From an uncultured Verrucomicrobiae bacterium (GTDB taxonomy: Bacteria > Verrucomicrobiota > Verrucomicrobiia > Palsa-1439), in contig CAWEWF010000002.1 in NCBI GenBank assembly GCA_963812605.1, positions 125,120 through 189,119 of the forward strand: DNA of 64,000 nucleotides, read 5' to 3'. A program made the translations under genes and the position numbers. Position 1 is the first letter of the stretch, and the number at the start of each line of letters is the position of its first letter. The notes beneath the pieces were generated by a model that saw only the letters and a program-made list of their open reading frames with translations, had not been told where the DNA came from and ran no database searches. Below are positions 34,961 through 45,091 of the stretch, one piece after another.

Positions 34961-36517
34961 ATGAGTCAACCGAACACACCCAAGACAGCCGACACGGCCA
35001 GCGTAACCCCGCGGGCGCAAGATTATGCGCAGTGGTATCTCGACGTCATCAAACGCGCCGACCTCGCCGAGCACTCGCCTGTGCGCGGCTGCATGGTCAT
35101 CAAACCCCACGGCTACGCCATTTGGGAGAAGATGCAGCGCGAGCTGGACGACCGCTTCAAGGCCACGGGACACGTGAACGCGTATTTCCCGCTGTTCATT
35201 CCCCTCTCCTTCCTCACAAAGGAAGAACAGCATGCGGCGGGCTTCGCGAAGGAATGCGCCGTGGTCACCCATCACCGCCTGAAGTCGATCAACGGCGAGG
35301 TGGTGGTCGATCCCGAATCCAAACTGGAGGAACCGCTGGTGATTCGTCCGACCAGCGAGACGATCATCTGGGCGCAATACAAAGGCTGGATCCAGAGTTA
35401 CCGCGACCTGCCGCTGCTCATCAATCAGTGGGCCAACGTCGTCCGCTGGGAATTGCGCACCCGCTTGTTTCTACGCACCGCCGAATTTCTCTGGCAGGAA
35501 GGCCACACCGCCCACGCCACCGAGCAGGAGGCGCAAGAGGAAACCGCCCGCATGCTCGATGTGTACGCGGACTTCGCGGAGAACGTTGCCGCGGTTCCCG
35601 TCATCAAGGGGCGCAAGACGCCCGGTGAACGCTTCGCGGGCGCGCTGGATACGCTGTGCATCGAGGGCCTGATGCAGGACGGCAAAGCTCTCCAGATGGG
35701 CACGAGCCATTACCTCGGCCAGAATTTCGCCAAGAGCAGCGATGTGACCTTCCTCAGCAAAGAAGGCAAACGCGAGTACGTGTACGCCACGAGTTGGGGC
35801 GTCTCCACGCGCCTCGTCGGCGCGCTCATCATGACCCATTCCGATGACAGCGGCCTGGTGTTGCCGCCGAAGCTCGCGCCGATTCACGTCGTCGTGATTC
35901 CTATCTTTAAGAACGACGCGGAAAAAACCCTCGTCCTCGATGAAGCCGTCAAAGTGGTCGCCGAACTCAAGTCGCAGGGCCTCGCTGTCAAACTCGACGA
36001 CCGCGATGGCATCATGCCCGGCGCGAAATACTACGAGTGGGAAGCCAAGGGCGTGCCGCTGCGCATTGAAATCGGCCCGAAAGATTTGGAGAAAGGCAGC
36101 CTCTGCCTCGTCCGCCGTTTTGTGCTGGAGAAAGAAGGCGAAACCGAACAAGAACTCCGCAAACGCCGCAAGACATTCGTCCCGCACGCGGAGGCCATTG
36201 CCTCGATCAAGCCGATGCTCGACACGATGCAGGGCGAGCTGTTCGAACGCGCCCGGGTCTTTCGCACCAAGCGGTCGCGGGTCATCAATACGATAGAGGA
36301 ATTCGAAAGCTTTTTCACGAAAGACGGCGGTGGCTTTGCCTGGGTACACTGGGCCGGCAATCATCAGCAGGAAGAAGAGATGGCGCGTGAATATGAAACC
36401 ACCATCCGCTGCATCCCCTTCCCCGACCAGATTCCCGATGAGGCGAAAGGCGAAGGGAAATGCATTCTCACAGGCCAACCGTCCAGCCAACGCGTATTGA
36501 TGGCGCGGGCGTACTAG
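34961..36517 (+). CDS. proS: Proline--tRNA ligase (archaeal/eukaryote-like type, no editing insertion)
   Basis: [38 protein letters not shown]-terminal ARAY. Confidence 0.97.
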   Translation: MSQPNTPKTADTASVTPRAQDYAQWYLDVIKRADLAEHSPVRGCMVIKPHGYAIWEKMQRELDDRFKATGHVNAYFPLFIPLSFLTKEEQHAAGFAKECAVVTHHRLKSINGEVVVDPESKLEEPLVIRPTSETIIWAQYKGWIQSYRDLPLLINQWANVVRWELRTRLFLRTAEFLWQEGHTAHATEQEAQEETARMLDVYADFAENVAAVPVIKGRKTPGERFAGALDTLCIEGLMQDGKALQMGTSHYLGQNFAKSSDVTFLSKEGKREYVYATSWGVSTRLVGALIMTHSDDSGLVLPPKLAPIHVVVIPIFKNDAEKTLVLDEAVKVVAELKSQGLAVKLDDRDGIMPGAKYYEWEAKGVPLRIEIGPKDLEKGSLCLVRRFVLEKEGETEQELRKRRKTFVPHAEAIASIKPMLDTMQGELFERARVFRTKRSRVINTIEEFESFFTKDGGGFAWVHWAGNHQQEEEMAREYETTIRCIPFPDQIPDEAKGEGKCILTGQPSSQRVLMARAY

Positions 36518-37365
36518 CTCTGTCCTAGCTCTTCCACCACGAGTTCATGATAGGCATTCTTTAGGCGCATGGTCACGTGGTGTTCTCGAAACTCGGCTCC
36601 GTCCACTTCAAAAACAGGCGCGATCTCAATTAAACTATTGGTGGCAAACGCTTCATCGGCCTCCGAGAACATTTCAGTTCCAAAACCTATCTCGTATGCC
36701 GTAACGCCCAGCTTCGCCGCTAACAGGAGCACGACGTTTCGTGTGACACCCGGGAGCGGACCGTCGCTCAATGGTGGCGTAAACAAGTCCCCATTCTTGA
36801 CTACAAACACGTTGCTGGTCGTAAGCTCGACAACGTGTCCTGCACCATTTAGCAACACGGCATCCGTAAAGCCCCTCAGCTCGGCTTCGTCTTGTGCGAG
36901 TACGTAGAGCAACCGATTGGCGTTCTTGATACCCGCCAATTTGGAGGCCGAGTCCAGTCGAATCGAGGAAATGATAGCACGTAAATCCCCTGATCGCGCC
37001 GGTAGCTCCTCTGTCACCGCAACGACGCTCGGTTCCCCGGGAGTCTGCCTTTTCACACCCCAACAATTCATCCCACCCGTGACGTAGATTCGGGCCATCC
37101 CGACCTTCATTCTATTGCGCTGAATCAATTCGAGGAGCGGCACCCTTATATCCTCCTGTGTTAGTTGCCGTCCTACGTGCAACATTTTCAACCCGGCAAG
37201 CAGGCGTTGCAGATGATTGTACAACCGAAAAATCTTTCCATCGTACACGCGCATGGTTTCGAAGACCCCGTCGCCATAGAGAAAGCCGCGATCGAAGATC
37301 GACACGGTGGCTTCGGCTTCGGGCACGAAGCGACCGTTAACGTAGGCGTAATTGGTCGATGGCAT
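36514..37365 (-). CDS. pabC: Class IV aminotransferase, probable 4-amino-4-deoxychorismate lyase
   Basis: [24 protein letters not shown]; coupled to pabB. Confidence 0.8.
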   Translation of the reverse strand: MPSTNYAYVNGRFVPEAEATVSIFDRGFLYGDGVFETMRVYDGKIFRLYNHLQRLLAGLKMLHVGRQLTQEDIRVPLLELIQRNRMKVGMARIYVTGGMNCWGVKRQTPGEPSVVAVTEELPARSGDLRAIISSIRLDSASKLAGIKNANRLLYVLAQDEAELRGFTDAVLLNGAGHVVELTTSNVFVVKNGDLFTPPLSDGPLPGVTRNVVLLLAAKLGVTAYEIGFGTEMFSEADEAFATNSLIEIAPVFEVDGAEFREHHVTMRLKNAYHELVVEELGQS

Positions 37366-38761
37366 TGAGGATTCCCTGCGCTTTCACGAGTGTCTCGTCG
37401 TATTCGGCGTCGGGCTCGCTGTCGGCCACGATGCCGCCGCCAGCGTGAAATGTCAATCGTCCGCGATTAGTGGGGCGGGCGTCTCGCCCGCCAGTCGTTG
37501 ATGAATTCGCGGGCGAGACGCCCGCGCCACTTTGCCCGGACTGATATACCACGGTGCGAATGGCGACGTTCAAATGGGTGAGGCCATTGTAACCGAGAAA
37601 ACCGATCGCGCCTGTGTACACACCGCGCGCGTGCGGCTCCAACTCATCGATGATCTCCATCGCGCGGATTTTTGGCGCACCCGTGATGGAACCGCCAGGG
37701 AAACAGGCGCGGACACAATCGACGGGGCTTACGTCACTTCGTAATCGTCCTTCGACCGTCGATACCAAGTGGTGCACGGTGGCGTAGGTCTCAACGCGCA
37801 CCAACTCGCTGACGCGCACGCTGCCGAATTCGCAGACACGCCCGAGATCGTTGCGTTCCAGGTCGGTGATCATCACCAGTTCGGCGTTGTCCTTCGGCGC
37901 GGCGAGCAACTCGGCGGCAATGCGCGCGTCTTCTTCGCTCGTCGCGCCGCGCGGACGCGTGCCTTTGATGGGGCGCGTCACCACGTGCCGGTCGCGGATC
38001 TTCAAAAAGCATTCCGGTGAGCTGGAGAGAATCTGCGCTTCGCCGATGTCGAGATATGCGCAGTACGGCGCCGGATTCGATTCACGAAGTGCCCGGTAAA
38101 GTTCCGTCGCTGACGCGTCCACTTCGCACTGGAACCGCTGCGAGAGGTTGACCTGATAAACGTCACCCGCCGCGATGTATTGCTTTGCCCGAAGAATCGT
38201 CGCGGCGTAGGAGTCCCGCGTGAAATTGGAGCGAAGAACTACGTCACGTTCGGCGCGGTCGGGAGACCTGCGCTGAATATCTGGTTGCCTGTCAACGGCA
38301 GGGCGCGCTGGGCCAGCGCGCCCTACCTCAAAGACCTGATGCGCACTGTAGTCGAAGACAAGTAGATTATCATAGAAACCAAACCAGCAATCCGGCAAAC
38401 CGATGTCGTCCACAGCCCTGGCGGGAAGCTTCTCGACGAAATTCTTGAGGTCGTAACCGAAATAGCCAATGGCCGCGCCGAGAGGGAAATCAGCAGAGGC
38501 ATCGTGGTAGTGACCTGCCAGTTGTTTTTCCAGAATATCGAAGGGATTACCCTGCACGTTCGCTGTGCCCGACGGTATGATGATCTCCGTGTGGCTACCT
38601 TTCGAACAAACAATCTTCGATGGCGCGGCAGCGAGAATCGAATAACCGGCCGCGCCGGTGACGGTATCGAGCCAGACCGCGTGCGGTTTCGCCACGAACT
38701 CGGCGAAGCGGTCCCGCGGCTCGGTCCACGGTTGTTTTCGAACGACGGGTTGCTGACTCAC
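37337..38761 (-). CDS. pabB: Aminodeoxychorismate synthase component I (chorismate-binding family)
   Basis: PIKGTRPR, MITDLERNDL, FPGGSITGAPK, AGGGIVADS; GTG start inferred. Confidence 0.88.
   Translation of the reverse strand: MSQQPVVRKQPWTEPRDRFAEFVAKPHAVWLDTVTGAAGYSILAAAPSKIVCSKGSHTEIIIPSGTANVQGNPFDILEKQLAGHYHDASADFPLGAAIGYFGYDLKNFVEKLPARAVDDIGLPDCWFGFYDNLLVFDYSAHQVFEVGRAGPARPAVDRQPDIQRRSPDRAERDVVLRSNFTRDSYAATILRAKQYIAAGDVYQVNLSQRFQCEVDASATELYRALRESNPAPYCAYLDIGEAQILSSSPECFLKIRDRHVVTRPIKGTRPRGATSEEDARIAAELLAAPKDNAELVMITDLERNDLGRVCEFGSVRVSELVRVETYATVHHLVSTVEGRLRSDVSPVDCVRACFPGGSITGAPKIRAMEIIDELEPHARGVYTGAIGFLGYNGLTHLNVAIRTVVYQSGQSGAGVSPANSSTTGGRDARPTNRGRLTFHAGGGIVADSEPDAEYDETLVKAQGILNAIDQLRLR
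37469..37531. repeat. GTGG-type REP doublet inside the pabB coding sequence
   Basis: AGTGGGGCGGGCGTCTCGCCCGC...GCGGGCGAGACGCCCGCGCCACT. Confidence 0.8.
38301..38327. repeat. GTAG-type REP inside pabB
   Basis: GGGCGCGCTGGGCCAGCGCGCCCTACC hairpin with GTAG foot on the minus strand. Confidence 0.7.
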
Positions 38762-38834
38762 GGGCCACGCTACAGGTTGTCGGTTGGGTTCTTGTTTACG
38801 TCCATAGTATACCCCGCTATCATTCGCGCCAACC

Positions 38835-39398
38835 ATGAATCCATCCATTCGCCCATCGGACGCCGCGCCCGGCGGGATGCACGGCGCGACGCGCATGCAC
38901 GATCCGAGCGAGGCCGAGCACGATCGCACGCGGCGGCGCTGGATGAACGTGGCGTTCGTGGTCATCGTGCTCCTTAATCTCACGCAATTGCGCTGGATTG
39001 GCGTACACGGTTGGAACTGGCTGGGCGTGGTGCTGCTCATCGTCGCGGCCATGCCGCTCGGACTCGCGATAAAAGTCTTCGAGCTGCGCTTCAAAATGGC
39101 CGCCGCGGAACGACGGCTCGTACTGCATGAGTTGCCGACAAGGCGAAAAATTGATTTCGCGATCTATGGCGCTCTCGTCCTTATCGTCTTCGCTCTGCAA
39201 CCACACTTGGTGACGTGGGGACTTTGGGGCGTCTGGCTTTACGATTTCGTCACTTACTACCACGATCGTCCCGAACGGCTCCGCCATCTCTACGCCGTGA
39301 CGAAAACGCTGGATGAACTGCGGGATTTTCGCGCCCCATGGGCCTGGGCCCTGCCGGCGCTGGCGTGGGAGATTATCAGAACGACAACAGGGAACTGA
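38835..39398 (+). CDS. Hypothetical membrane protein (about 4 TM)
   Basis: Hydrophobic segments; fills the gap between pabB and the M16 gene. Confidence 0.65.
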   Translation: MNPSIRPSDAAPGGMHGATRMHDPSEAEHDRTRRRWMNVAFVVIVLLNLTQLRWIGVHGWNWLGVVLLIVAAMPLGLAIKVFELRFKMAAAERRLVLHELPTRRKIDFAIYGALVLIVFALQPHLVTWGLWGVWLYDFVTYYHDRPERLRHLYAVTKTLDELRDFRAPWAWALPALAWEIIRTTTGN

Positions 39399-40638
39399 TC
39401 GCCTTCTCGTCCTTGCTCGGCGTAATGACGGCGACGTTGAGGCGATTGTCGCGAAAGATGTCCGCCGCGGCTTTTTGCACATCGGCCGCCGTGACCCCGG
39501 CGATGTGCCGTTCGACTTCGGCGGGCGACTGGATGGTGCCGTACGCCAACAGGTGTTCGCCCAGCCACATCATGCGATTCGCGGTACTCTCCAGCCCCAG
39601 TCGCATTTGGCCGATGGCATAATCTTTCGCGCGTTGCAACTCGATCGCCGACGGCGGCTGGCGGGAAATTCTGCGCAGCTCCGTGAGAATCAACGCCAGC
39701 GCCCGCTGCAAACGCTTCGTATCCAGTCCCGCGGAGATCAGCAGCGCCCCTGTGTCAGAGAGGTAGCTCGTCGATGATTGGATCGAGTAAGCGAGGCCGT
39801 GCCGTTCGCGGATTGACTGAAAAAGCCGCGAGCTCATGTTTTCGCCGAGAATGACACTGAGCGCTTTCAGGGCGTAACGCCGCGAGTCGTGGCGCGAATA
39901 GCCGCGAATCCCGATGGCGAGGTGCGACTGCTCACAGTTCTTGGTGAAGAAACGGAGGCGCGGTCCCCGTTGGGATTCATGCGCCGGCTCGAAGCCCGGC
40001 GAGCGGCCATTCTTCGGCAGCAGCAGCGTCTTCTCAACGCGCCGGACAATGTCGTCGTGCTGGCAGTGACCGGCGACAGCTACGACTGTATTGGCGGCCA
40101 CGTACTTCTTCTGCTTAAAACCGAGCAGTCCGCCACGATCCATCCCATCAAGCGACCTGGCTGTGCCGGTGAGCGAACGACCGAGTGGATGCCCGGGCCA
40201 GAGGGTCTCGGTGAGCAGTTCATGCACATAATGGTCGGGCTGATCGTGGTACATCAGCAGCTCTTCCTTGATCACGCCGCGCTCTTTGTCGATATCGGCG
40301 GCGCTGAAACGGGAATGCAAATACATGTCCGCGAGCACGTCGAGCAGGATATCGAAATGAACGTGGCTGGCCTTCGCGTAGTAGCAGGTGGTCTCCTCGC
40401 CCGTGAACGCATTGAGATAGCCGCCCACTCCTTCGACCGTCTGGCTGATCTGCCTGGCGGTACGACGTTGCGTACCCTTGAAGAGCAGGTGCTCGATGAA
40501 ATGCGACGCGCCGCTCAAGCGGGCGGATTCGTAACGCCCGCCCACGCCCACCCACAGGCCGAGAGTGATGCTGTCCATGTGCGGCATCTCGGCGGTGGCC
40601 ACACGCACACCGCTGGGAAGTTGTGTGATCTTAAACAC
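39376..40638 (-). CDS. M16 family zinc protease (single module)
   Basis: HFIEH, NAFT, MSSRLFQSIRERHGLAY. Confidence 0.93.
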   Translation of the reverse strand: MFKITQLPSGVRVATAEMPHMDSITLGLWVGVGGRYESARLSGASHFIEHLLFKGTQRRTARQISQTVEGVGGYLNAFTGEETTCYYAKASHVHFDILLDVLADMYLHSRFSAADIDKERGVIKEELLMYHDQPDHYVHELLTETLWPGHPLGRSLTGTARSLDGMDRGGLLGFKQKKYVAANTVVAVAGHCQHDDIVRRVEKTLLLPKNGRSPGFEPAHESQRGPRLRFFTKNCEQSHLAIGIRGYSRHDSRRYALKALSVILGENMSSRLFQSIRERHGLAYSIQSSTSYLSDTGALLISAGLDTKRLQRALALILTELRRISRQPPSAIELQRAKDYAIGQMRLGLESTANRMMWLGEHLLAYGTIQSPAEVERHIAGVTAADVQKAAADIFRDNRLNVAVITPSKDEKAISSLLSF

Positions 40639-40717
40639 GTTAATATTATTACCGCACTGTTCTCGCAGGTCAAACACTTGCGTCCGCGAACCTGATTTGC
40701 GACACTGGAATCCTATT

Positions 40718-41866
40718 ATGCCGCGCGACCGCGTCGAACTGGAGCACCTCGAATACAAGCTTCTTGCGCCTTATGCACAGAAGGCTGCCGATTCGCGCGG
40801 ACGGGCCTTTCCGGAGGCCAAGCACGGCCTGCGCACGGATTTTCAGCGGGACCGCGACCGCATCATTCACAGCCGCGCCTTCCGCCGGCTCGAATACAAG
40901 ACGCAGGTCTTCCTCAACGGCACGGGCGACCATCTTCGCACGCGCCTGACGCACACGATGGAAGTGGCGGGCATCAGCCGCGGCATCGCCCGCGCGTTGC
41001 AGCTTAACGAGGATTTGGCCGAGAGCATCGCGCTTGCGCATGACCTCGGGCACTCGCCATTCGGTCACGCGGGTGAAGAGATGCTCGATAAACTGATGAA
41101 GGACCATGGGGGTTTCGAGCACAACCTGCAATCACTGCGCGTGGTGACGGAATTGGAGGAAAAGTACCCCGACTTCAACGGGCTGAACCTCACCTGGGAG
41201 ACGCGCGAAGGTTTGGCGAAACATTACACACAGTATGACAAGCCAACGCATTTGAAGGAGTTCAACTTCAAGTCGTCCTCGCTCGAAGCGCAGATCGCCA
41301 ACCTCGCGGACGAGGTCACCTACTATTCGCACGACCTTGACGACGGGCTGGATGCGGGGTTGATCACCATTGAACAACTCGAACAGGTCGATATCTGGCA
41401 GACCACCTTCGCGCGAGTCAACCGCGAACACCCCGGCATGGATCAGGAGCGTCAGTGTGCGTTCACCATCCGCGAACTGATCGAGCGCGAGGTGTCGGAC
41501 GTGATCGCCACGAGCGCCGCCAACATCGCTGCGGCCAAAGTGAACAGCGCCGATGAAGTGCGACAATTAAGCAAGCCACTGGTCAGCTACAGCAAGGAGT
41601 TGAAGAAAGCGAACCAGCAGTTGCGCGATTTTCTCTACAAGAATCTTTACTTCAACCCCGTGGCACACAAGCCCCACGAACGCGCCGTCGCCGCCATGAG
41701 TCAACTGTTCCGCGCCTACGCCGCCAACCCGCGTCTCATGGGCGAAAGCACCCAACGACGCCTGGAAAAGGTCGGCCTCTACCGCGCCATCTGCGATTAC
41801 ATCGCCGGCATGACCGACCGCTTCGCGCTGGAGGAGTACCGGCGGATTTGTCAGCGGAGTAGCTAA
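40718..41866 (+). CDS. dgt: Deoxyguanosinetriphosphate triphosphohydrolase
   Basis: FQRDRDRI, FRRLEYKTQV, RTRLTH, HDLGH, DYIAGMTD. Confidence 0.95.
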   Translation: MPRDRVELEHLEYKLLAPYAQKAADSRGRAFPEAKHGLRTDFQRDRDRIIHSRAFRRLEYKTQVFLNGTGDHLRTRLTHTMEVAGISRGIARALQLNEDLAESIALAHDLGHSPFGHAGEEMLDKLMKDHGGFEHNLQSLRVVTELEEKYPDFNGLNLTWETREGLAKHYTQYDKPTHLKEFNFKSSSLEAQIANLADEVTYYSHDLDDGLDAGLITIEQLEQVDIWQTTFARVNREHPGMDQERQCAFTIRELIEREVSDVIATSAANIAAAKVNSADEVRQLSKPLVSYSKELKKANQQLRDFLYKNLYFNPVAHKPHERAVAAMSQLFRAYAANPRLMGESTQRRLEKVGLYRAICDYIAGMTDRFALEEYRRICQRSS

Positions 41867-41875
41867 CGGGAGCTG

Positions 41876-42412
41876 TCACTTCGGTATTACGTAACTGCCG
41901 CCCGTACATTCGCCAGAAGGAATATCCAACTCGAATTCCTTCCAAATGCCTTCCAACGGAGACCAGGCTTCGCCATACAGCTTTGTACCGTCAACCCTAA
42001 GATTCCTCATTCCATCCCAAGAGATGCGACGACTTCTCCACAGTTTACCACCCTTGCCATAACACTCAAAATCCACCACGCATTCAAACACCAGCAGCTT
42101 TAGTTCCGGCACTTTGAACACGGCGTTTATCATTGCACCAAAACTTTCAACTGCTTGTTTCGTCTCGGGTCGGATAATATACCCGCGACCACCAGCCACC
42201 ACGACAACATCTGTTTCATTCGGATGATCCAAGACTGAATCGAAGCTCGTCAAACCTCGCTGAAAATTCCCAACCCAAGTTGTTGTTAATTCTGGAAGAA
42301 ATCTCACGACTAAGCCTTCGCGGTGCAAACCCTTTCCGGTGGGGCTAAATTGCTCGGGCAACGGACCAGTCCCTGGCAAACCTGGAAGGATTTCAAATCT
42401 GCTCATGTGCAT
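41876..42412 (-). CDS. Hypothetical protein, AT-richer than flanks
   Basis: Intact 178-aa ORF 9 nt downstream of radC. Confidence 0.7.
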   Translation of the reverse strand: MHMSRFEILPGLPGTGPLPEQFSPTGKGLHREGLVVRFLPELTTTWVGNFQRGLTSFDSVLDHPNETDVVVVAGGRGYIIRPETKQAVESFGAMINAVFKVPELKLLVFECVVDFECYGKGGKLWRSRRISWDGMRNLRVDGTKLYGEAWSPLEGIWKEFELDIPSGECTGGSYVIPK

Positions 42413-42421
42413 CCAATCTGG

Positions 42422-43123
42422 CTACATCAACCCCAACTCCTTCAAACTGACGAAGTCCTGGGCGCGTTTGGTGGTGCGGTGGCCGAGGATGATGTGGTCG
42501 AGGACGGCGATGTTGAGCAATTCGCCGGCTTTGACGAGGCGCTTGGTGACAGAGATGTCCTCGCTGCTGGGAGTCGGGTCGCCGCTGGGGTGATTGTGCA
42601 CGAGGATCATCGACGCGGCGGAAGCGGCGATGGCGTCCTTGAAGACCTCGCGGGGCTCGACGATGCTGGCGTTGAGCGAGCCGCGGGAAACCTCGCATTT
42701 CTTGATCAGCCCGTTCTTTGTATTCAACAGGAGCACACGGAATTCTTCGCGGTCAAGACTCCGCATGTCTTCGCGCATCACGGCGGCGGCGTCCTCGGGA
42801 GAAGTGATGATTTGTTGTTTTCCATGCGAGGACTCACTAAGCCGCCGCGCCAACTCGAAGGCGGCTTTCAGTTGAATCGCTTTCGTCTCGCCGACGCCCT
42901 TGATCTTCGCGATGGCCTCCAAGGGTGCGCGGGCCAGTCCCTCCAGCGTGCGAAACTCCCGCAAGATTTGGTGCGCAAGCTGGATGGCGGAGACGCCTTT
43001 CATTCCCGTTCGCAACAGGATGGCAATCAGCTCGGCGTCGCTAAGCGCCGTCGCGCCGCGCAACTTCAACCGCTCACGCGGGCGCTCTCCCTCGGGCATC
43101 TCCCGAATCAAGTAAGTGGTCAT
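42422..43123 (-). CDS. radC: RadC/JAB domain protein (full length)
   Basis: ERPRE, HhH motif GVGETKA, HNHPSGDPTPSSED, LDHII. Confidence 0.95.
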   Translation of the reverse strand: MTTYLIREMPEGERPRERLKLRGATALSDAELIAILLRTGMKGVSAIQLAHQILREFRTLEGLARAPLEAIAKIKGVGETKAIQLKAAFELARRLSESSHGKQQIITSPEDAAAVMREDMRSLDREEFRVLLLNTKNGLIKKCEVSRGSLNASIVEPREVFKDAIAASAASMILVHNHPSGDPTPSSEDISVTKRLVKAGELLNIAVLDHIILGHRTTKRAQDFVSLKELGLM

Positions 43124-43125
43124 GA

Positions 43126-43821
43126 TTAGGGGCGGTGGGCCTGGAGTTTTTGAGGATCACGGGCAGGGACGCCCGTGCCACCAGCAGGGACGCCCGTGCC
43201 ACCAACAGCGAGGTCCGCGTCGGCTGGCGGTCCCGTATCACTGGCTTCGCGCAAACGCTTATGAAACTCCTCCCAAGGGAACTGCGAGCCGGGGCACTCG
43301 CTGAATTCGCCAATCACCTCGCCGTGACCCAAAATATGATCGTTGGGAATGTGGAATTGCTCCTGCAGCCCGCGGATAAGAAGCACGAGCGAGTCGAGTT
43401 GTTTTGAAGTGGGTTGATCCACCGAAAAGTTCCCGACAAGGCAGATGCCGATGCCGCGCTCGTTAATGTACGCTTGGCGGCAATGGCCGCCCTGCATCTG
43501 CTTGATCCAGCGCGGCCCGGTTTCGATGAAGCCGTCGGGTTTGCCCTCGGTGCCGTTGTCGATGACGAAGTGGTAGGCCAGGCCGTTGATCATCCCGCGG
43601 GAGCGGTGCGCCGCGTCGAACACCTCCGCCGACCCCATGCGCGTCGCGCTGTGGTGAATGATGATCCATTGCCAGTCGCGCGTCGGATCCGTTTCACCGG
43701 CCACATTTCCCAAGACAAAACAGGCCACCGCCAGCGCCAGGAGGACTGGCCGGCCAGTCACGACAGCCGCGTGTGACCGCGAGGCTGCTCCTGTAGAACT
43801 ATTGGCTCTCTTCGACCACAT
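43126..43821 (-). CDS. N-acetylmuramoyl-L-alanine amidase (Amidase_2/PGRP family)
   Basis: IIIHHS, YHFVI, IGICLVGNF, GH...CPG. Confidence 0.88.
   Translation of the reverse strand: MWSKRANSSTGAASRSHAAVVTGRPVLLALAVACFVLGNVAGETDPTRDWQWIIIHHSATRMGSAEVFDAAHRSRGMINGLAYHFVIDNGTEGKPDGFIETGPRWIKQMQGGHCRQAYINERGIGICLVGNFSVDQPTSKQLDSLVLLIRGLQEQFHIPNDHILGHGEVIGEFSECPGSQFPWEEFHKRLREASDTGPPADADLAVGGTGVPAGGTGVPARDPQKLQAHRP
43158..43203. repeat. Tandem GTGG-type REP in the amidase tail
   Basis: GCAGGGACGCCCGTGCCACCA occurs twice, translated as GGTGVPA x2. Confidence 0.7.
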
Positions 43822-45091
43822 AGGGGGTCAATTCACCGGCCAGCACTTTCGGGATTTGCGCCCGGAGCACGACGTTGCCGTTTTCCATCTCGCGGGCGGT
43901 GACATAACCGCTGCGATACACCAGCGCGATTGTCTTCGCGCGGTCCTGCGGAATCGACAACGTGACATCCACGCGGCGATCCTTCAATCGGTTCGCGATC
44001 TCGTCGCGCAAGGCATCCAGGTTTTCGCCTGTCTTCGCCGAGATCGGCACCGACCGGTCAAATTCGCGGAGGAATTTATCGAGGGTCGTGGCGCCAGTCT
44101 CCAGTTTGTCGATTTTGTTCAGTGCGACCATGGTGGGTTTACCCCACGCGTCGAGTTCTTTCAATACAATCTCGACCGCCCTGGCCTGTTCGTACGCCTG
44201 CGGATGGCTGGCATCAACGACATGCACCAGCAGATCGGCCTCCACGACCTCTTCGAGCGTCGCTTTGAAGGATTCGACAAGATGATGTGGCAGCTTGCGC
44301 AGAAAACCGACCGTGTCGGAGAGCAGGATGTTCTGGTTGTTCGGCAGGCGCAACTTGCGCGCCGTCGGATCGAGCGTCGCGAACAGCTTGTCCTCCGCGA
44401 CCACGCCCGCGCCCGTCAGCGCATTCATTAACGTGCTCTTACCCGAGTTCGTGTACCCGATGATCGACACCAGCGGCCAGTGCAGCCGTTGCCGCCCGCC
44501 GCGTTCGACGCGCCGGTTCTTCCGCACTTCATCCAACGCGTGTTCGAGACGGTGAATTTTTTCCTGCACGCGCCGGCGGTCGACTTCGAGCTGTTGTTCG
44601 CCGGGACCTCGCGAGCCGACGCCGCCGCGCTGACGCGACAAGTGGGTCCACAGGCCCGCGAGGCGCGGGAGCATGTAATGAAGCTGCGCCAACTCCACCT
44701 GAATCTTGCCTTCACGCGTGCGCGCGCGCTGCGCAAAGATATCGAGGATGAGTTCGGTGCGATCGATCACCTTGACATTCAGGCCCAGGATTTCGCTGAG
44801 GTTGCGGCCTTGCGCGGGCGAAAGGTCGTCGTCAAAGATCACGATATTGGCATCCGCATCGCGGCAGCGCGCCGCGAGTTCTTCGACCTTGCCGGTGCCA
44901 ATGAACGTGGCCGCGGCCGGTGAGTTGCGCTTTTGGCTGATGACGTTGAGGACTTCCGCGCCGGCGGAAACCGCGAGTTCGCGGAGTTCTTCGAGGGAAT
45001 CTTTCACCGCCCACTTGTCGTGGCCGGGTCTCTCCAATCCGATAAGGAGCGCGCGCTCGCGGAGCGGCTCCTGCGTGTCGTGCATCTTCAA
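43799..45091 (-). CDS. hflX: GTPase HflX
   Basis: LILDIFAQRA, GYTNSGKS, LFATLD, DTVGF, NKID. Confidence 0.97.
   Translation of the reverse strand: MKMHDTQEPLRERALLIGLERPGHDKWAVKDSLEELRELAVSAGAEVLNVISQKRNSPAAATFIGTGKVEELAARCRDADANIVIFDDDLSPAQGRNLSEILGLNVKVIDRTELILDIFAQRARTREGKIQVELAQLHYMLPRLAGLWTHLSRQRGGVGSRGPGEQQLEVDRRRVQEKIHRLEHALDEVRKNRRVERGGRQRLHWPLVSIIGYTNSGKSTLMNALTGAGVVAEDKLFATLDPTARKLRLPNNQNILLSDTVGFLRKLPHHLVESFKATLEEVVEADLLVHVVDASHPQAYEQARAVEIVLKELDAWGKPTMVALNKIDKLETGATTLDKFLREFDRSVPISAKTGENLDALRDEIANRLKDRRVDVTLSIPQDRAKTIALVYRSGYVTAREMENGNVVLRAQIPKVLAGELTPYVVEESQ

Noticed and set aside
42422-43123. radC as a marker of a mobile element
   Set aside because: Full-length chromosomal type in a housekeeping run; no integrase nearby.
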